32,000 nucleotides of DNA, taken from positions 1,050,001 to 1,082,000 of the forward strand of contig OY970071.1 in assembly GCA_963705375.1 (NCBI GenBank). Direction: 5' to 3'. Position 1 is the first letter of the stretch, and every line of letters starts with the position of its first letter. A model generated the notes under the pieces. The model saw only the letters and a list, made by a program, of their open reading frames with translations, made no database searches and was not told where the DNA came from. This document shows positions 1 through 8,818 of this stretch, piece by piece. The position numbers and the translations under genes were made by a program. This DNA comes from Candidatus Saccharimonadota bacterium. Its GTDB lineage: Archaea; Micrarchaeota; Micrarchaeia; Micrarchaeales; Micrarchaeaceae.

Positions 1-382
1 AGAAGTCTATTTCTGGTGATATGCTCTTCAGCTCTTGCAGCACTCCTTCAAAGTAAGGTTCGCGTTCGCTAAAATCCTTTGGGTTCTTTATAAAATGCGA
101 TTTAAACTCTTTGAAATCGGAATATATCACGTTGTTGGGGATTTGAAATTCTTCTGTAATGTTCCAGGTGTTATTGCCTTCATCGCAGTTGTCTGTGACT
201 ATGACTGAGATATTATACGGTGTCCCTCCTTTACTTTCCAGTTCTTTCTGGGTTCTCATCAGCTCCCTGACATTGCTTCCGCTTCCTGACATGCATGCGG
301 CAACCTGCATAGGCGTTTCCTTTGGTTCGTATAGCTTAACAATAGGTTCCTTTGGTTCGTACTGCTTACTTTCGCTAGGCAT
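1..382 (-). CDS. Formyltransferase-like protein (PurN/GAR-transformylase-like N-terminus), partial; 3' end lies beyond the left edge
   Basis: Absent from the ORF track because it runs off the window. My reverse-complement translation from ATG 382-380 stays open to base 2: MPSESKQYEPKEPIVKLYEPKETPMQVAACMSGSGSNVRELMRTQKELESKGGTPYNISVIVTDN... The block VAACMSGSGSNVRELM resembles the SGxGSNL motif at the N-terminus of PurN-type formyltransferases. An alternative start Met is at 310. Confidence 0.5.
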   Translation of the reverse strand, partial: MPSESKQYEPKEPIVKLYEPKETPMQVAACMSGSGSNVRELMRTQKELESKGGTPYNISVIVTDNCDEGNNTWNITEEFQIPNNVIYSDFKEFKSHFIKNPKDFSEREPYFEGVLQELKSISPEIDF

Positions 383-463
383 GCTTCTCCATGAGTCAAC
401 TGCAATATTTATAAGTTCACGTGCATGCATTATATTCGTCTATTTGTTCCAGAGGCGTTTCTC

Positions 464-2218
464 ATGATCAGGCAACCAATCATAGCCGTGCTCGGACATG
501 TCGACCATGGCAAGACCACGTTACTTGACCGGATCCGGAGCACCGCCATAGCTACGAAGGAAGTTGGTGGCATGACCCAGCACATAGGTGCCAGCGAGGT
601 TCCAATTGACGCTATAAACAAGATATCCGGGCCTCTTCTGAAGGCCATGAACGTCGCCATAACTATTCCCGGCCTGCTTTTCATAGACACGCCAGGACAC
701 GAGGCGTTCACGAACCTGCGAAGGCGCGGAGGGAACATCTCAGATATAGCGATACTTGTTGTAGACATCTCGAAGGGATTTGAGCCGCAGACGATAGAGG
801 CCATAGAGATACTCAAGGAGTACAAGACTCCGTTTGTCGTTGCCGTGAACAAGGTCGACCTGGTGACTGGATGGCACGACACGAAATCGAAGAGCTTCTT
901 GGAGGCGTTGAGCAAGCAGAACTCCTACGTTGCAGACGAGATTGAGAAAAGATTGTACGTGCTGATCGGGAGCCTGAGCGAGCACGGCCTGAACGCGGAG
1001 CGCTTCGACAGGATAAAAGACTTTAAGACCGAGCTGGCCCTGGTTCCGGTGAGTGCCAAGACTGGAGAGGGTATCGCGGAGCTTCTGATGCTCATCACAG
1101 GGCTTTCCCAGAAGTATCTGGAAGAGAAACTGAAAATAGAGATAAAAGGCCCAGGCAAGGGCAGCATACTGGAGAAGAACGAGATAAAGGGTCTCGGCAC
1201 TACGATAGACATAATATTGTACGACGGGTCGCTGCACGTCAACGACACGATAGCGTTTGCGACTTTTTCAGGCGTCGGGACATCAAAGATAAGGGCCCTG
1301 CTTAAGCCGAAGCCGCTGCACCAGATGGGTGCTGGCTCTGGCAAGTTCTCGAACGTTGATTCTGTTAGTGCTGCAAGCGGAATAAAGATAAGCGGGGAAG
1401 GGCTTGATGACGCTATGCCAGGGTCCCCTATTATAGAGGTGACTGCGGAGAGCGACTATGCCAATGAGATAAAGGCTGAGATATCTGAAGTTTTCAAGAC
1501 TGATGATGTGGGCGTGGTGCTCAAGACCGATTCCATAGGTAGCATGGAAGCCATCTCGATGCTTCTTGGAAATGCAGGGTACAAGATAAGCAAGAAAGGC
1601 ATAGGCAACATAACAAAGCGCGACATCATAGACGCGTTCTCGATGAACGCAAAGGATCCTGCATGCGCCGCTGTGCTGGCGTTCAATGCCGGCATGGATT
1701 CCGATGTGCTCGAGGCATCGCAGACGAGCGGAGTGAAAGTTATCGAGAGCAACATAATATACAAGATTCTTGACGACTACAAAGCGTTCGTTGACGCGCA
1801 CAAGAAGACCACAACAGAGAAGATCGAGAGTACGCTGGTGTTCCCTGCAGCGATAGAGATCATGCCAGGCACGGTGTTCAGGATGTCGCACCCTGCCGTA
1901 TTCGGAGTGCGTGTCCTTACCGGCAGGATAAAACAAGGATACAAGCTGATAAACGAACTAGGCACTTTCGTCGGCAAGATAAAGGAGATGCAGAACGAGA
2001 AAGCTCCTGTTCCGCTTGCGAGGAAAGGCGACCAGATAGCTATATCGATGACAGAGCCGACCATCGGCAGGCAGATAAACGAAGGCCAGACTCTATACAC
2101 CGACGTGCGCGAAGCCGACTACAAACTATTGCTGAAAGAGTTCGCAAACCTCATAGACGACGACGAGCGCAGGCTAATGGAACGGATAATCAAGATAAAG
2201 AAAAATGCGATAGAGTGA
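464..2218 (+). CDS. infB: Translation initiation factor aIF5B (IF-2 family GTPase)
   Basis: ORF 425..2218. The likely start is ATG 464 (MIRQPIIAVLGHVDHGKTT). GTPase motifs are GHVDHGKTT, DTPGHEAF and NKVD. Length of about 584 aa is typical of aIF5B. Confidence 0.95.
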   Translation: MIRQPIIAVLGHVDHGKTTLLDRIRSTAIATKEVGGMTQHIGASEVPIDAINKISGPLLKAMNVAITIPGLLFIDTPGHEAFTNLRRRGGNISDIAILVVDISKGFEPQTIEAIEILKEYKTPFVVAVNKVDLVTGWHDTKSKSFLEALSKQNSYVADEIEKRLYVLIGSLSEHGLNAERFDRIKDFKTELALVPVSAKTGEGIAELLMLITGLSQKYLEEKLKIEIKGPGKGSILEKNEIKGLGTTIDIILYDGSLHVNDTIAFATFSGVGTSKIRALLKPKPLHQMGAGSGKFSNVDSVSAASGIKISGEGLDDAMPGSPIIEVTAESDYANEIKAEISEVFKTDDVGVVLKTDSIGSMEAISMLLGNAGYKISKKGIGNITKRDIIDAFSMNAKDPACAAVLAFNAGMDSDVLEASQTSGVKVIESNIIYKILDDYKAFVDAHKKTTTEKIESTLVFPAAIEIMPGTVFRMSHPAVFGVRVLTGRIKQGYKLINELGTFVGKIKEMQNEKAPVPLARKGDQIAISMTEPTIGRQINEGQTLYTDVREADYKLLLKEFANLIDDDERRLMERIIKIKKNAIE

Positions 2219-2222
2219 TTGG

Positions 2223-2480
2223 ATGAGAATAGAGAAAAAGGCACAGACTGAATCATTCACACGCGCGAAGAGTGGAAAGGGCAGCTTCGAGCTGAGGCTC
2301 GCAGACTTCAGGTGCAAGCCTGGTGATGTGCTGGTCCTAAGGGAATGGGATCCAAAAAGGAGGGAGTACACCGGCAGAAAGGTCGAGAAGAGAGTGGCGA
2401 GCGTGTATAGGACAAAGGGCCAGAAGTTCTACACAAAGAAAGACGTAGACAGGTACGGCTTCCAGATAATAGAGTTCTGA
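2223..2480 (+). CDS. Small ASCH/PUA-like fold protein (DUF3850-like)
   Basis: 85-aa ORF starting 5 nt after the aIF5B stop. The segment SGKGSFELRLADFRCKPGDVLVLREWDPKRREYTGR matches my memory of the DUF3850/ASCH pattern (SGxKxFExRxxDRxFxxGDxLxLxEy...YTGR). Confidence 0.55.
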   Translation: MRIEKKAQTESFTRAKSGKGSFELRLADFRCKPGDVLVLREWDPKRREYTGRKVEKRVASVYRTKGQKFYTKKDVDRYGFQIIEF

Positions 2481-2612
2481 CGAATACAAAAAGTTCAGTA
2501 GCTTGGATAATTTCCCCCTATCGTGTCTGCAACTTCTTGCGCTAATAGGTTGGAAATCCCTCCCAAGGCTAGCCCGTTTATCTAAGAAAGGCTATCTGTT
2601 CTCTCTGGATGT

Positions 2613-3284
2613 TTATGCCTTTTCAAAAGCAGAATAGGTAGGTTTAAATCCGTAAATGCGCTCAAAAACATTGTCGAATTCATCTTTTCCTCCGATTCCA
2701 GATTTGAAAGACTCGATAAGCCGCAGTAGCTTCTCCTTTCCATAGGTTTCGACCAAATATTTTATTGCAAACCCTGACTCTTTGTATATGCCACTGCCTC
2801 CTTCGGAGTAGTAGGATAGGAACTCAGTCAATTTATCTACTTTACGCCCCATCAAAGCAGTCTGGCCAGAAACATAGATGGCAATTCCTTCCCAGAACCA
2901 TTGGGGTCCTTTTTTGTTGGCTTGTGATATTATGTCGCAAAATACATGTGCGAGTTCGTGCTTTATCAAGCAGTAATATTCCTCGTCTGAATATTTGTGA
3001 TTGCTTTCATTCTCAAAATTATCTTTGGATAGAATGTAAACTGAAATTGGAAAAGAGAGATTATCTGTCCAGCCAACAAGCCAAGGCTCTGTTTTAGTCC
3101 TCTTTAACATGTCTATGGTTTTTCTATCGTTGAAAATGATCAATCTTGGACGATTATGCACTATGTTCAACCCGAAGAACTCCCTCAACTCTTCCATTGC
3201 TTTCGTGTACGCACGCTCTAAGAATTTGTCTTCTACAGGACTAATAGAAAATATTGGATGTTGATTCTCTTCCATGCTTCTCAC
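2613..3284 (-). CDS. Putative zinc metallopeptidase (HExxH, Peptidase_MA_2-like)
   Basis: 223-aa ORF with HELAH (LIKHELAHVF) followed by WFWEGIAIYVSG. This is the HExxH plus downstream EG pattern of MA-clan peptidase-like domains. Confidence 0.6.
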   Translation of the reverse strand: MRSMEENQHPIFSISPVEDKFLERAYTKAMEELREFFGLNIVHNRPRLIIFNDRKTIDMLKRTKTEPWLVGWTDNLSFPISVYILSKDNFENESNHKYSDEEYYCLIKHELAHVFCDIISQANKKGPQWFWEGIAIYVSGQTALMGRKVDKLTEFLSYYSEGGSGIYKESGFAIKYLVETYGKEKLLRLIESFKSGIGGKDEFDNVFERIYGFKPTYSAFEKA

Positions 3285-3457
3285 ACATGTTCTTGACTGA
3301 TACTTGGGCCTTCATTTCGAGTGGCCTATTGCCGCCGGTGATAGATCCTCTTAAGGCTTATTGAAAGCGTTAACAGCGTTATACTAAGGTATAACTTCAG
3401 TCTCTCTCCGAAAGAACAAGTATGCTCACATGTCATAAGCTGTTTGCAGGCTTATGT

Positions 3458-3766
3458 TCAACCTGCAAGGCTTATCTCTATCTTGACGGTGTCAGGAACG
3501 TGTATGCGCATTATCTGGCGCAGTGCCTGCTCGCTGCCATCTATCACAAGCAAGCGCTTGTGTATCCTCAGTTCCCACTTCTCGTACGTGTGGCTTCCGT
3601 CGCCGCACGGGGTCTTTCTGGTGCAGTGAGCTATCCTTCTGGTTGGCAGAGGGATAGGTCCGCTCATCTTTATTTCCGCGGTGCCTGCTATGCTCTTTAT
3701 CTGCTTCGCTATCTCGTCAATGTCCGTGTTCGTCGTCCCAACCAGCTTGATTATTGCGGTAGTCAT
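3458..3766 (-). CDS. rps10: 30S ribosomal protein S10 (uS10)
   Basis: 102-aa ORF immediately downstream of EF-1alpha, which is the conserved archaeal tuf-rps10 order. The sequence PLPTRRIAHCTRKTPCGDGSHTYEKWELRIHKRLLVI is S10-like. Confidence 0.92.
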   Translation of the reverse strand: MTTAIIKLVGTTNTDIDEIAKQIKSIAGTAEIKMSGPIPLPTRRIAHCTRKTPCGDGSHTYEKWELRIHKRLLVIDGSEQALRQIMRIHVPDTVKIEISLAG

Positions 3767-3770
3767 TGCA

Positions 3771-5057
3771 TCACGGTCTTGGCATTACTTCCAAGACAAT
3801 GCCTGCTCCTATCGTTGCGCCCATGTCCCTTATGGCAAACTTTCCGAGTTGCGGGAATTCGCTGTGTTTTTCGATGACTATGGGTTTCGTAGGCTTTATC
3901 CTGACTATTGCGACATCTCCTGTCTTGAGCGTTTCTGGATTCTTTTCAGTCGTTGCCAGCGTCTTCGGGTCCTTCTTTTCGAGAAGCTCCTCAAACGTGC
4001 ACGCAAGCTGCGCAGTGTGTATGTGGAACACTGGCGTGTAGCCCTTCGCTATAACGTTCGGGTGGCTCAGTATCACGACCTGTGCCTTGAATTCTATCGC
4101 CACTGTCGGTGGGTTGCTGGCCGGGCCTACCACATCTCCGCGCTTGATGTCCTTCTTGTCGATGCCTTTGATGTTGAAGCCGATGTTGTCACCCGGCAAC
4201 GCCTGCTGCAGCTGCTTGTGGTGCATCTCGATGCTCTTCACATCTGTCTTTATGCCGCTTGGCATGAATATGATGTTGTCTCCAGGCTTCATGATGCCTG
4301 TCTCAACTCTGCCTACAGGCACGGTTCCGAATCCTGATATGCTGAACACATCCTGAATGGGCAACCTGAGTGGCTTGTCTGTTGGCTTTGGCGGCATCAC
4401 CAGATTGTCGAGCAGCTCAAGCAATGTCGGGCCGGTGTACCACGGCATCGTCGCTGTGCCCTTCTTATTCACATTCGAGCCCTCATAAGCAGAATACGGC
4501 ACAACAGGTATCGTGTCCACCTTGTAGCCGAATGTCTTCAAAAGCTCAAGTGTGCTCTTCTTCACTTCCTCAAACTTGCTCTGCTGGAAGCCGACCACGT
4601 CCATCTTGTTTATTCCGACTATCAGCTGCCTTATGCCGAGGACGCTTGCGAGTATCACGTGCTCCCTCGTCTGCGGCATGATGTTGTCGACCGCGCTGAC
4701 CACGAGGACAGCGGCATCTGCCTGGCTGGTTCCTGTTATCATGTTCTTTACGAAGTCCCTGTGGCCAGGTGCGTCTATGACTGTGAAGTAGTATTTAGGT
4801 GTCTGGAATTCCATGTGGGATATGTCGATTGTTATTCCACGCTCTCGCTCTTCCTTGAGCGTGTTGAGCACGAATGCGAACTCAGAAGTTGGCTTGTTGA
4901 ACTGTGCGGCTGCCTCCTTCATTCTCTGTATGTCCCTGTCTGATATAGAACCAGTTTCATACAACACTCTTCCTACTGTTGTCGATTTTCCGTGGCTGAC
5001 GTGCCCTATAAATACTAGATTCATGTGTGGTTTTTCTGCTGCCATATTGTTCACCAA
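3771..5057 (-). CDS. tuf: Translation elongation factor EF-1 alpha
   Basis: 428-aa ORF with [21 protein letters not shown] and typical domains II/III. The start may be Met at 5045 ([16 protein letters not shown]). Confidence 0.97.
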   Translation of the reverse strand: MVNNMAAEKPHMNLVFIGHVSHGKSTTVGRVLYETGSISDRDIQRMKEAAAQFNKPTSEFAFVLNTLKEERERGITIDISHMEFQTPKYYFTVIDAPGHRDFVKNMITGTSQADAAVLVVSAVDNIMPQTREHVILASVLGIRQLIVGINKMDVVGFQQSKFEEVKKSTLELLKTFGYKVDTIPVVPYSAYEGSNVNKKGTATMPWYTGPTLLELLDNLVMPPKPTDKPLRLPIQDVFSISGFGTVPVGRVETGIMKPGDNIIFMPSGIKTDVKSIEMHHKQLQQALPGDNIGFNIKGIDKKDIKRGDVVGPASNPPTVAIEFKAQVVILSHPNVIAKGYTPVFHIHTAQLACTFEELLEKKDPKTLATTEKNPETLKTGDVAIVRIKPTKPIVIEKHSEFPQLGKFAIRDMGATIGAGIVLEVMPRP

Positions 5058-5241
5058 TTACATTAGCGTAATACCTGTCAGTAAAGCTTCTGAACTGCCT
5101 TGCAGAAATAGCTGCAAACAGTAGAGAGTATTATTGGTAGAAAGTATAAAAACCTATGCGTGGCGCATCCTGATGTTTAACAACCGGCGGAGCATAGGGC
5201 ATGCTACCCTATCGGGCAAAAGGCCGGATGTGTGCCCTTCA

Positions 5242-5946
5242 TCATGAGTCTAGCATCCCCCAGCTCTTCAGTACCGCTTCAGCTTCCGTTATGTCCTTTT
5301 GGGTGTTCACTGTTATCCATTCTTCATTGCCTTTAAGCATGTGCGCGAGCACCTTGCCTTCAGGGGCAAGCCTTTTGAACACCTGGTCTTCGATGGAACC
5401 TGACTCTGGTATGTAATCAAGTATGCGTCTATTGAAGGCATACACACCTATGCTGACCGGAACATCCTCCAATATCTTGCCGTATTCAAAGTCTGCGACC
5501 TTGCTGTCTTTCAACTTTACGACAGAAAGCCTGCACTTGAAAGGGGTGAGTGCCATGGTTACGATCGGCTTGTTCTGCGTGTGCTCCCTTTCCAGCCTTT
5601 TTAGGTCCATGTTCGTCAGCTCATCGCCGTTCATCGCGAAGAAGTCCTCGTCGCTGACGTGGTCCTTTATCGCCAGCCTGAAGGCTTGTGCCGTGCCCCC
5701 CTCTTTGTCCTCGCTGTAATCCACGTCAAGGCCGAAGTTGGCGTTGCTCTTCATGAACTCGAATATCTTCTCCTTTTTGTACGCAACGCCAATCACAAGG
5801 TGCTTTACTTGGTATGATTTGAGCCATTTGATGATCCAGTAAAGCAGAGGCTTTCCTCCGACTTCAACCAGGCTCTTAGGCACGTCCTGTGTAAGCGGCA
5901 TGAGCCGCAGTCCCTTCCCTCCGGCTATCACAACAGCAGTATCCAT
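5242..5946 (-). CDS. Sugar-phosphate nucleotidyltransferase (NDP-sugar pyrophosphorylase family)
   Basis: 234-aa ORF. The N-terminal signature is VIAGGKGLRLMPLTQDVPKSLVEVGGKPLL (GGxGxRLxPLT). Confidence 0.85.
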   Translation of the reverse strand: MDTAVVIAGGKGLRLMPLTQDVPKSLVEVGGKPLLYWIIKWLKSYQVKHLVIGVAYKKEKIFEFMKSNANFGLDVDYSEDKEGGTAQAFRLAIKDHVSDEDFFAMNGDELTNMDLKRLEREHTQNKPIVTMALTPFKCRLSVVKLKDSKVADFEYGKILEDVPVSIGVYAFNRRILDYIPESGSIEDQVFKRLAPEGKVLAHMLKGNEEWITVNTQKDITEAEAVLKSWGMLDS

Positions 5947-6055
5947 ATATCTTCACCAGTGTTTAAGCATCACAAAGTGTGCGACAGAATTCTATAAATT
6001 GCAGAAAGATATATAAAACGTGCTGTTTATAATGAGTGCGCATATAGGTGATACC

Positions 6056-6169
6056 ATGAATGTACCACGAATATTGATGGCGGCCGAAGACGAAGACGAC
6101 GACGATGGCACGGATGAAGACGAAGACGATTCCGAAGATTTCGATGAAGACGAAAGCGAAGAGTATTGA
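6056..6169 (+). CDS. Candidate 37-aa hyper-acidic micro-protein (MNVPRILMAAEDEDDDDGTDEDEDDSEDFDEDESEEY)
   Basis: Below the ORF-track cutoff; translated by hand. It shows strong GAN codon periodicity over about 28 codons. It starts with ATG, and TATA-like tataaa/atatataaaa sequences lie 35-65 nt upstream. It is on the same strand as cdc48 and 88 nt upstream of it. Confidence 0.3.
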   Translation: MNVPRILMAAEDEDDDDGTDEDEDDSEDFDEDESEEY

Positions 6170-6173
6170 TCTT

Positions 6174-6198
6174 GTTTTCATTTCCAGGTTTTCATTTC
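6174..6198. repeat. Two direct copies of gttttcatttc (6174-6184 and 6188-6198) between the acidic micro-ORF and cdc48
   Basis: Read directly from the sequence. Each copy is T-rich, so this could be oligo-T terminators or a regulator site. Confidence 0.5.
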
Positions 6199-6257
6199 AG
6201 CCAGACAGAAAGGCATAAAGAACTTTAATCTGTAGTATATACTTTGCTTTCTTATCG

Positions 6258-8341
6258 GTGCTAAACTTGCCAGACGGGATAGAGCTTACTGTTGCGGGGG
6301 CGCTAGTCACAGACGATGGTAGAGGCATAGCCAGGATCGATTCAAAGGCCCGGAAGCTTCTCGGCGTAACCTCTGGAGATGTTATAGAGATAAAAGGCAG
6401 GAAAAAGAGCACCGCGGCAGTGGTGTGGCAGGCTTATCAGCAGGATGAAGGGCTGGACTTCATACGCATCGACGGCTACCTCCGCCAGAACATCGGCATC
6501 GGGATCGGTGACCGGGTGTTCGTTGCAAAAGCCGAGGTGAAGAATGCCGAGCGCATAGTGCTTGCGCCTCCGCCAAACCAGCGCACTCCGATGTCTCCGG
6601 AATTCGCAGATTACGCAAAGAACCGGCTTGAGGACAAGCCGCTCATGAAGGGCGACGTCATGCCGATAGCGATGTTCGGCTACTCCTTCAACTTCATAGT
6701 TGTGCAGGTTCAGCCACACGGTTGCGTGCGCGTTACCAAGGACACTGAGGTCGTGGTCAAGACAGAGCCGGTGTCAGATGTCATGGTCCGGATCGGCGAG
6801 GTCCACTATGAGGACATAGGTGGCCTGAAGCCTGAGATACAGCGCATAAGGGAAATGGTTGAGCTGCCCATACGATATCCTGAGTTGTTCGAGCGGCTTG
6901 GCATCGAACCGCCAAAGGGTGTGCTGGTGTACGGCCCTCCAGGCACAGGCAAGACCATGTTGGCAAAGGCAGTGGCGAACGAGAGCGATGCGCATTTCAT
7001 ACAGATATCAGGCCCCGAGCTTGTGAGCAAGTTCGTTGGCGAGAGTGAGGAGAAGCTGCGCGAGATATTCAACGAGGCGAAAGAGAAGGCACCTACAGTA
7101 ATATTCATGGACGAGATCGATGCCATCGCTCCCAAGCGCGAAGAGGCTACAAACGAGGTCGAGCGCAGGATGGTCTCTCAGCTGCTTACTTTGATGGACG
7201 GCATATCCGCAAGAGGCCAGGTCATAGTTATAGGTGCAACCAACCGAGAGAATTCCGTCGACCCTGCATTGAGGCGGCCTGGAAGGTTCGACAGGGAAAT
7301 AGAGATAGGCGTGCCTGACCGGAACGCAAGAAAGGAGATACTTCAGATACACACGAGGAACACACCGCTCGCAAAAGATGTCAGCCTTGACGAACTAGCA
7401 AACCAGACTCACGGTTACACCGGTGCGGATCTTGCAGCACTAGTGCGCGAGGCGGCAATGGCCACTCTGCGCAGCATATGGGACAAGCTGGACAAGAAGA
7501 GCGTGCCGAACGAGGTGCTTGTGAGCCTGACGGTAAAGACGAATGATTTCCAGGAAGCAATAGCGTCGATAAGGCCCAGCGCGCTCAGGGAGGTCTTTGT
7601 CGAGAGGCCGAACGTGCACTGGATCGATGTTGGAGGCCTCGAGGACGTCAAGAGGCAGTTGAGAGAGGCATGCGAGCTTCCGATAAAGAATCCAGAGGCA
7701 TTCATCAAGATAGGCATAAGACCTGCAAAAGGCGTTCTGATCGTAGGGCCGCCAGGTGTCGGAAAGACAATGCTGGCAAAGGCGATAGCCACAGAGCGTG
7801 AGTCCAACTTCATATCGATAAAAGGTCCTGAGATAACGAGCAAATGGATAGGCGAGACTACTTCACGTGTTCACGAAGTGTTCCGAAAGGCGCGCCTTGC
7901 CGCTCCGTGCATAATATTCATAGATGAAATCGACTCACTATCCAGGGCGCGTGCCGAAGACGAGCAGAACCATATCTTCGAGGAAGCGCTCTACACATTG
8001 CTGGTCGAGCTTGACGGTCTGCAAGAGCTCAAGGGCGTGATAGTGCTCGCAGCGACCAACAGGCCGCAGGACATGGACCCTGCACTGCTGCGCCCTGGAA
8101 GGTTCGACAAGATCATAGAGATACCGATGCCCGACGAGGCTACGAGTGCTCGCGATATTCAAGGTGCACACCAAACACATGCCTCTTGACAAGGGCGTCA
8201 CTCCTGAACTGCTTGCAAGTTGCAACAGAGAATTACACAGGTGCAGAAATAGAGAACCTGGTAAGGGAGGCTGGCATGAATGCGATAAGGGAGAAACGCG
8301 AGACCGTAACGAAGAAGGACTTCGAGGTCGCGACTGTCTGA
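6258..8341 (+). pseudogene. cdc48: Cdc48/VCP-type tandem AAA+ ATPase, frame-disrupted twice near the 3' end as sequenced
   Basis: ORF 6258..8189 starts with GTG and carries the N-domain (GRGIARID). It has two AAA modules: GPPGTGKT/IIFMDEIDA and [17 protein letters not shown]. The conserved C-terminus continues in frame +1 (IFKVHTKHMPLDKGVTPELLAS, from about 8146). It then continues in frame +2 (ENYTGAEIENLVREAGMNAIREKRETVTKKDFEVATV, stop 8339-8341). Confidence 0.9.
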
Positions 8342-8424
8342 GGTCAGGCCTGCGATACCGAAAGAGCTTACAGATAGAATAAAACGCTTCAAGGAAGAAC
8401 CAGAGAACATGTATAGATGATGGA

Positions 8425-8806
8425 ATGATACTAGTGTATTCCGATGCGAAAACAGGGAAGAGCGCGCAGCTCACCATAGACCCAGCCAAAGTGCCCATGC
8501 TGCTTAGCTACAAGATCACTGACGTGATAGATGGTTCTGAGTTTGGCATGCCAGGTTACAAGTTCAAGATAACTGGCGGTACCGACACCAGCGGATTCCC
8601 GCTTAGGAACAGCATACAAGGCAGCATAAAGACCAAGGTGCTGCGTCGAACCGGCTTTAGCTATAGGCAAAAAGAGGCGAACTAGCGTTAGGGGCAGCAC
8701 AATAGCCAGCGACACTGCACAGATAAACGCCGTGATTGTCGAATACGGCGAGAAGCCGGTGACCGAGCTGTTCCCTGAAAGCAAGGCTGCAAAAGAGAAG
8801 AAATGA
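8425..8806 (+). pseudogene. rps6e: 30S ribosomal protein S6e, one +1 frame disruption at an A5 run as sequenced
   Basis: ORF 8425..8685 contains GYKFKITGGTDTSGFPLR. The C-terminus KKRRTSVRGSTIASDTAQINAVIVEYGEKPVTELFPESKAAKEKK reads in the +1 frame to TGA 8804-8806. The switch lies at aaaaa, 8669-8673. Confidence 0.85.
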
Positions 8807-8818
8807 TAGTGTTTCTTG

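Noticed and set aside
159-467. 102-aa plus-strand ORF at the left edge
   Set aside because: It is antisense to the formyltransferase-like gene (1..382, minus strand), which has a recognisable SGSGSN motif. The plus-strand translation is low-complexity S/L/F-rich with no motif.
430-5124. Numerous 60-220-aa ORFs overlapping aIF5B, S10 and EF-1alpha on the opposite strand or in other frames (for example 430..915, 1283..1936, 3681..4337, 4370..4681)
   Set aside because: They are shadow ORFs inside strongly conserved genes. Their translations are R/C/H/L-rich junk without motifs.
5963-6181. 72-aa minus-strand ORF (MKTRSILFAFVFIEIFGIVFVF...)
   Set aside because: Its hydrophobic F/V/I run is simply the complement of the GAN-periodic acidic micro-ORF on the plus strand. 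It has no independent support.
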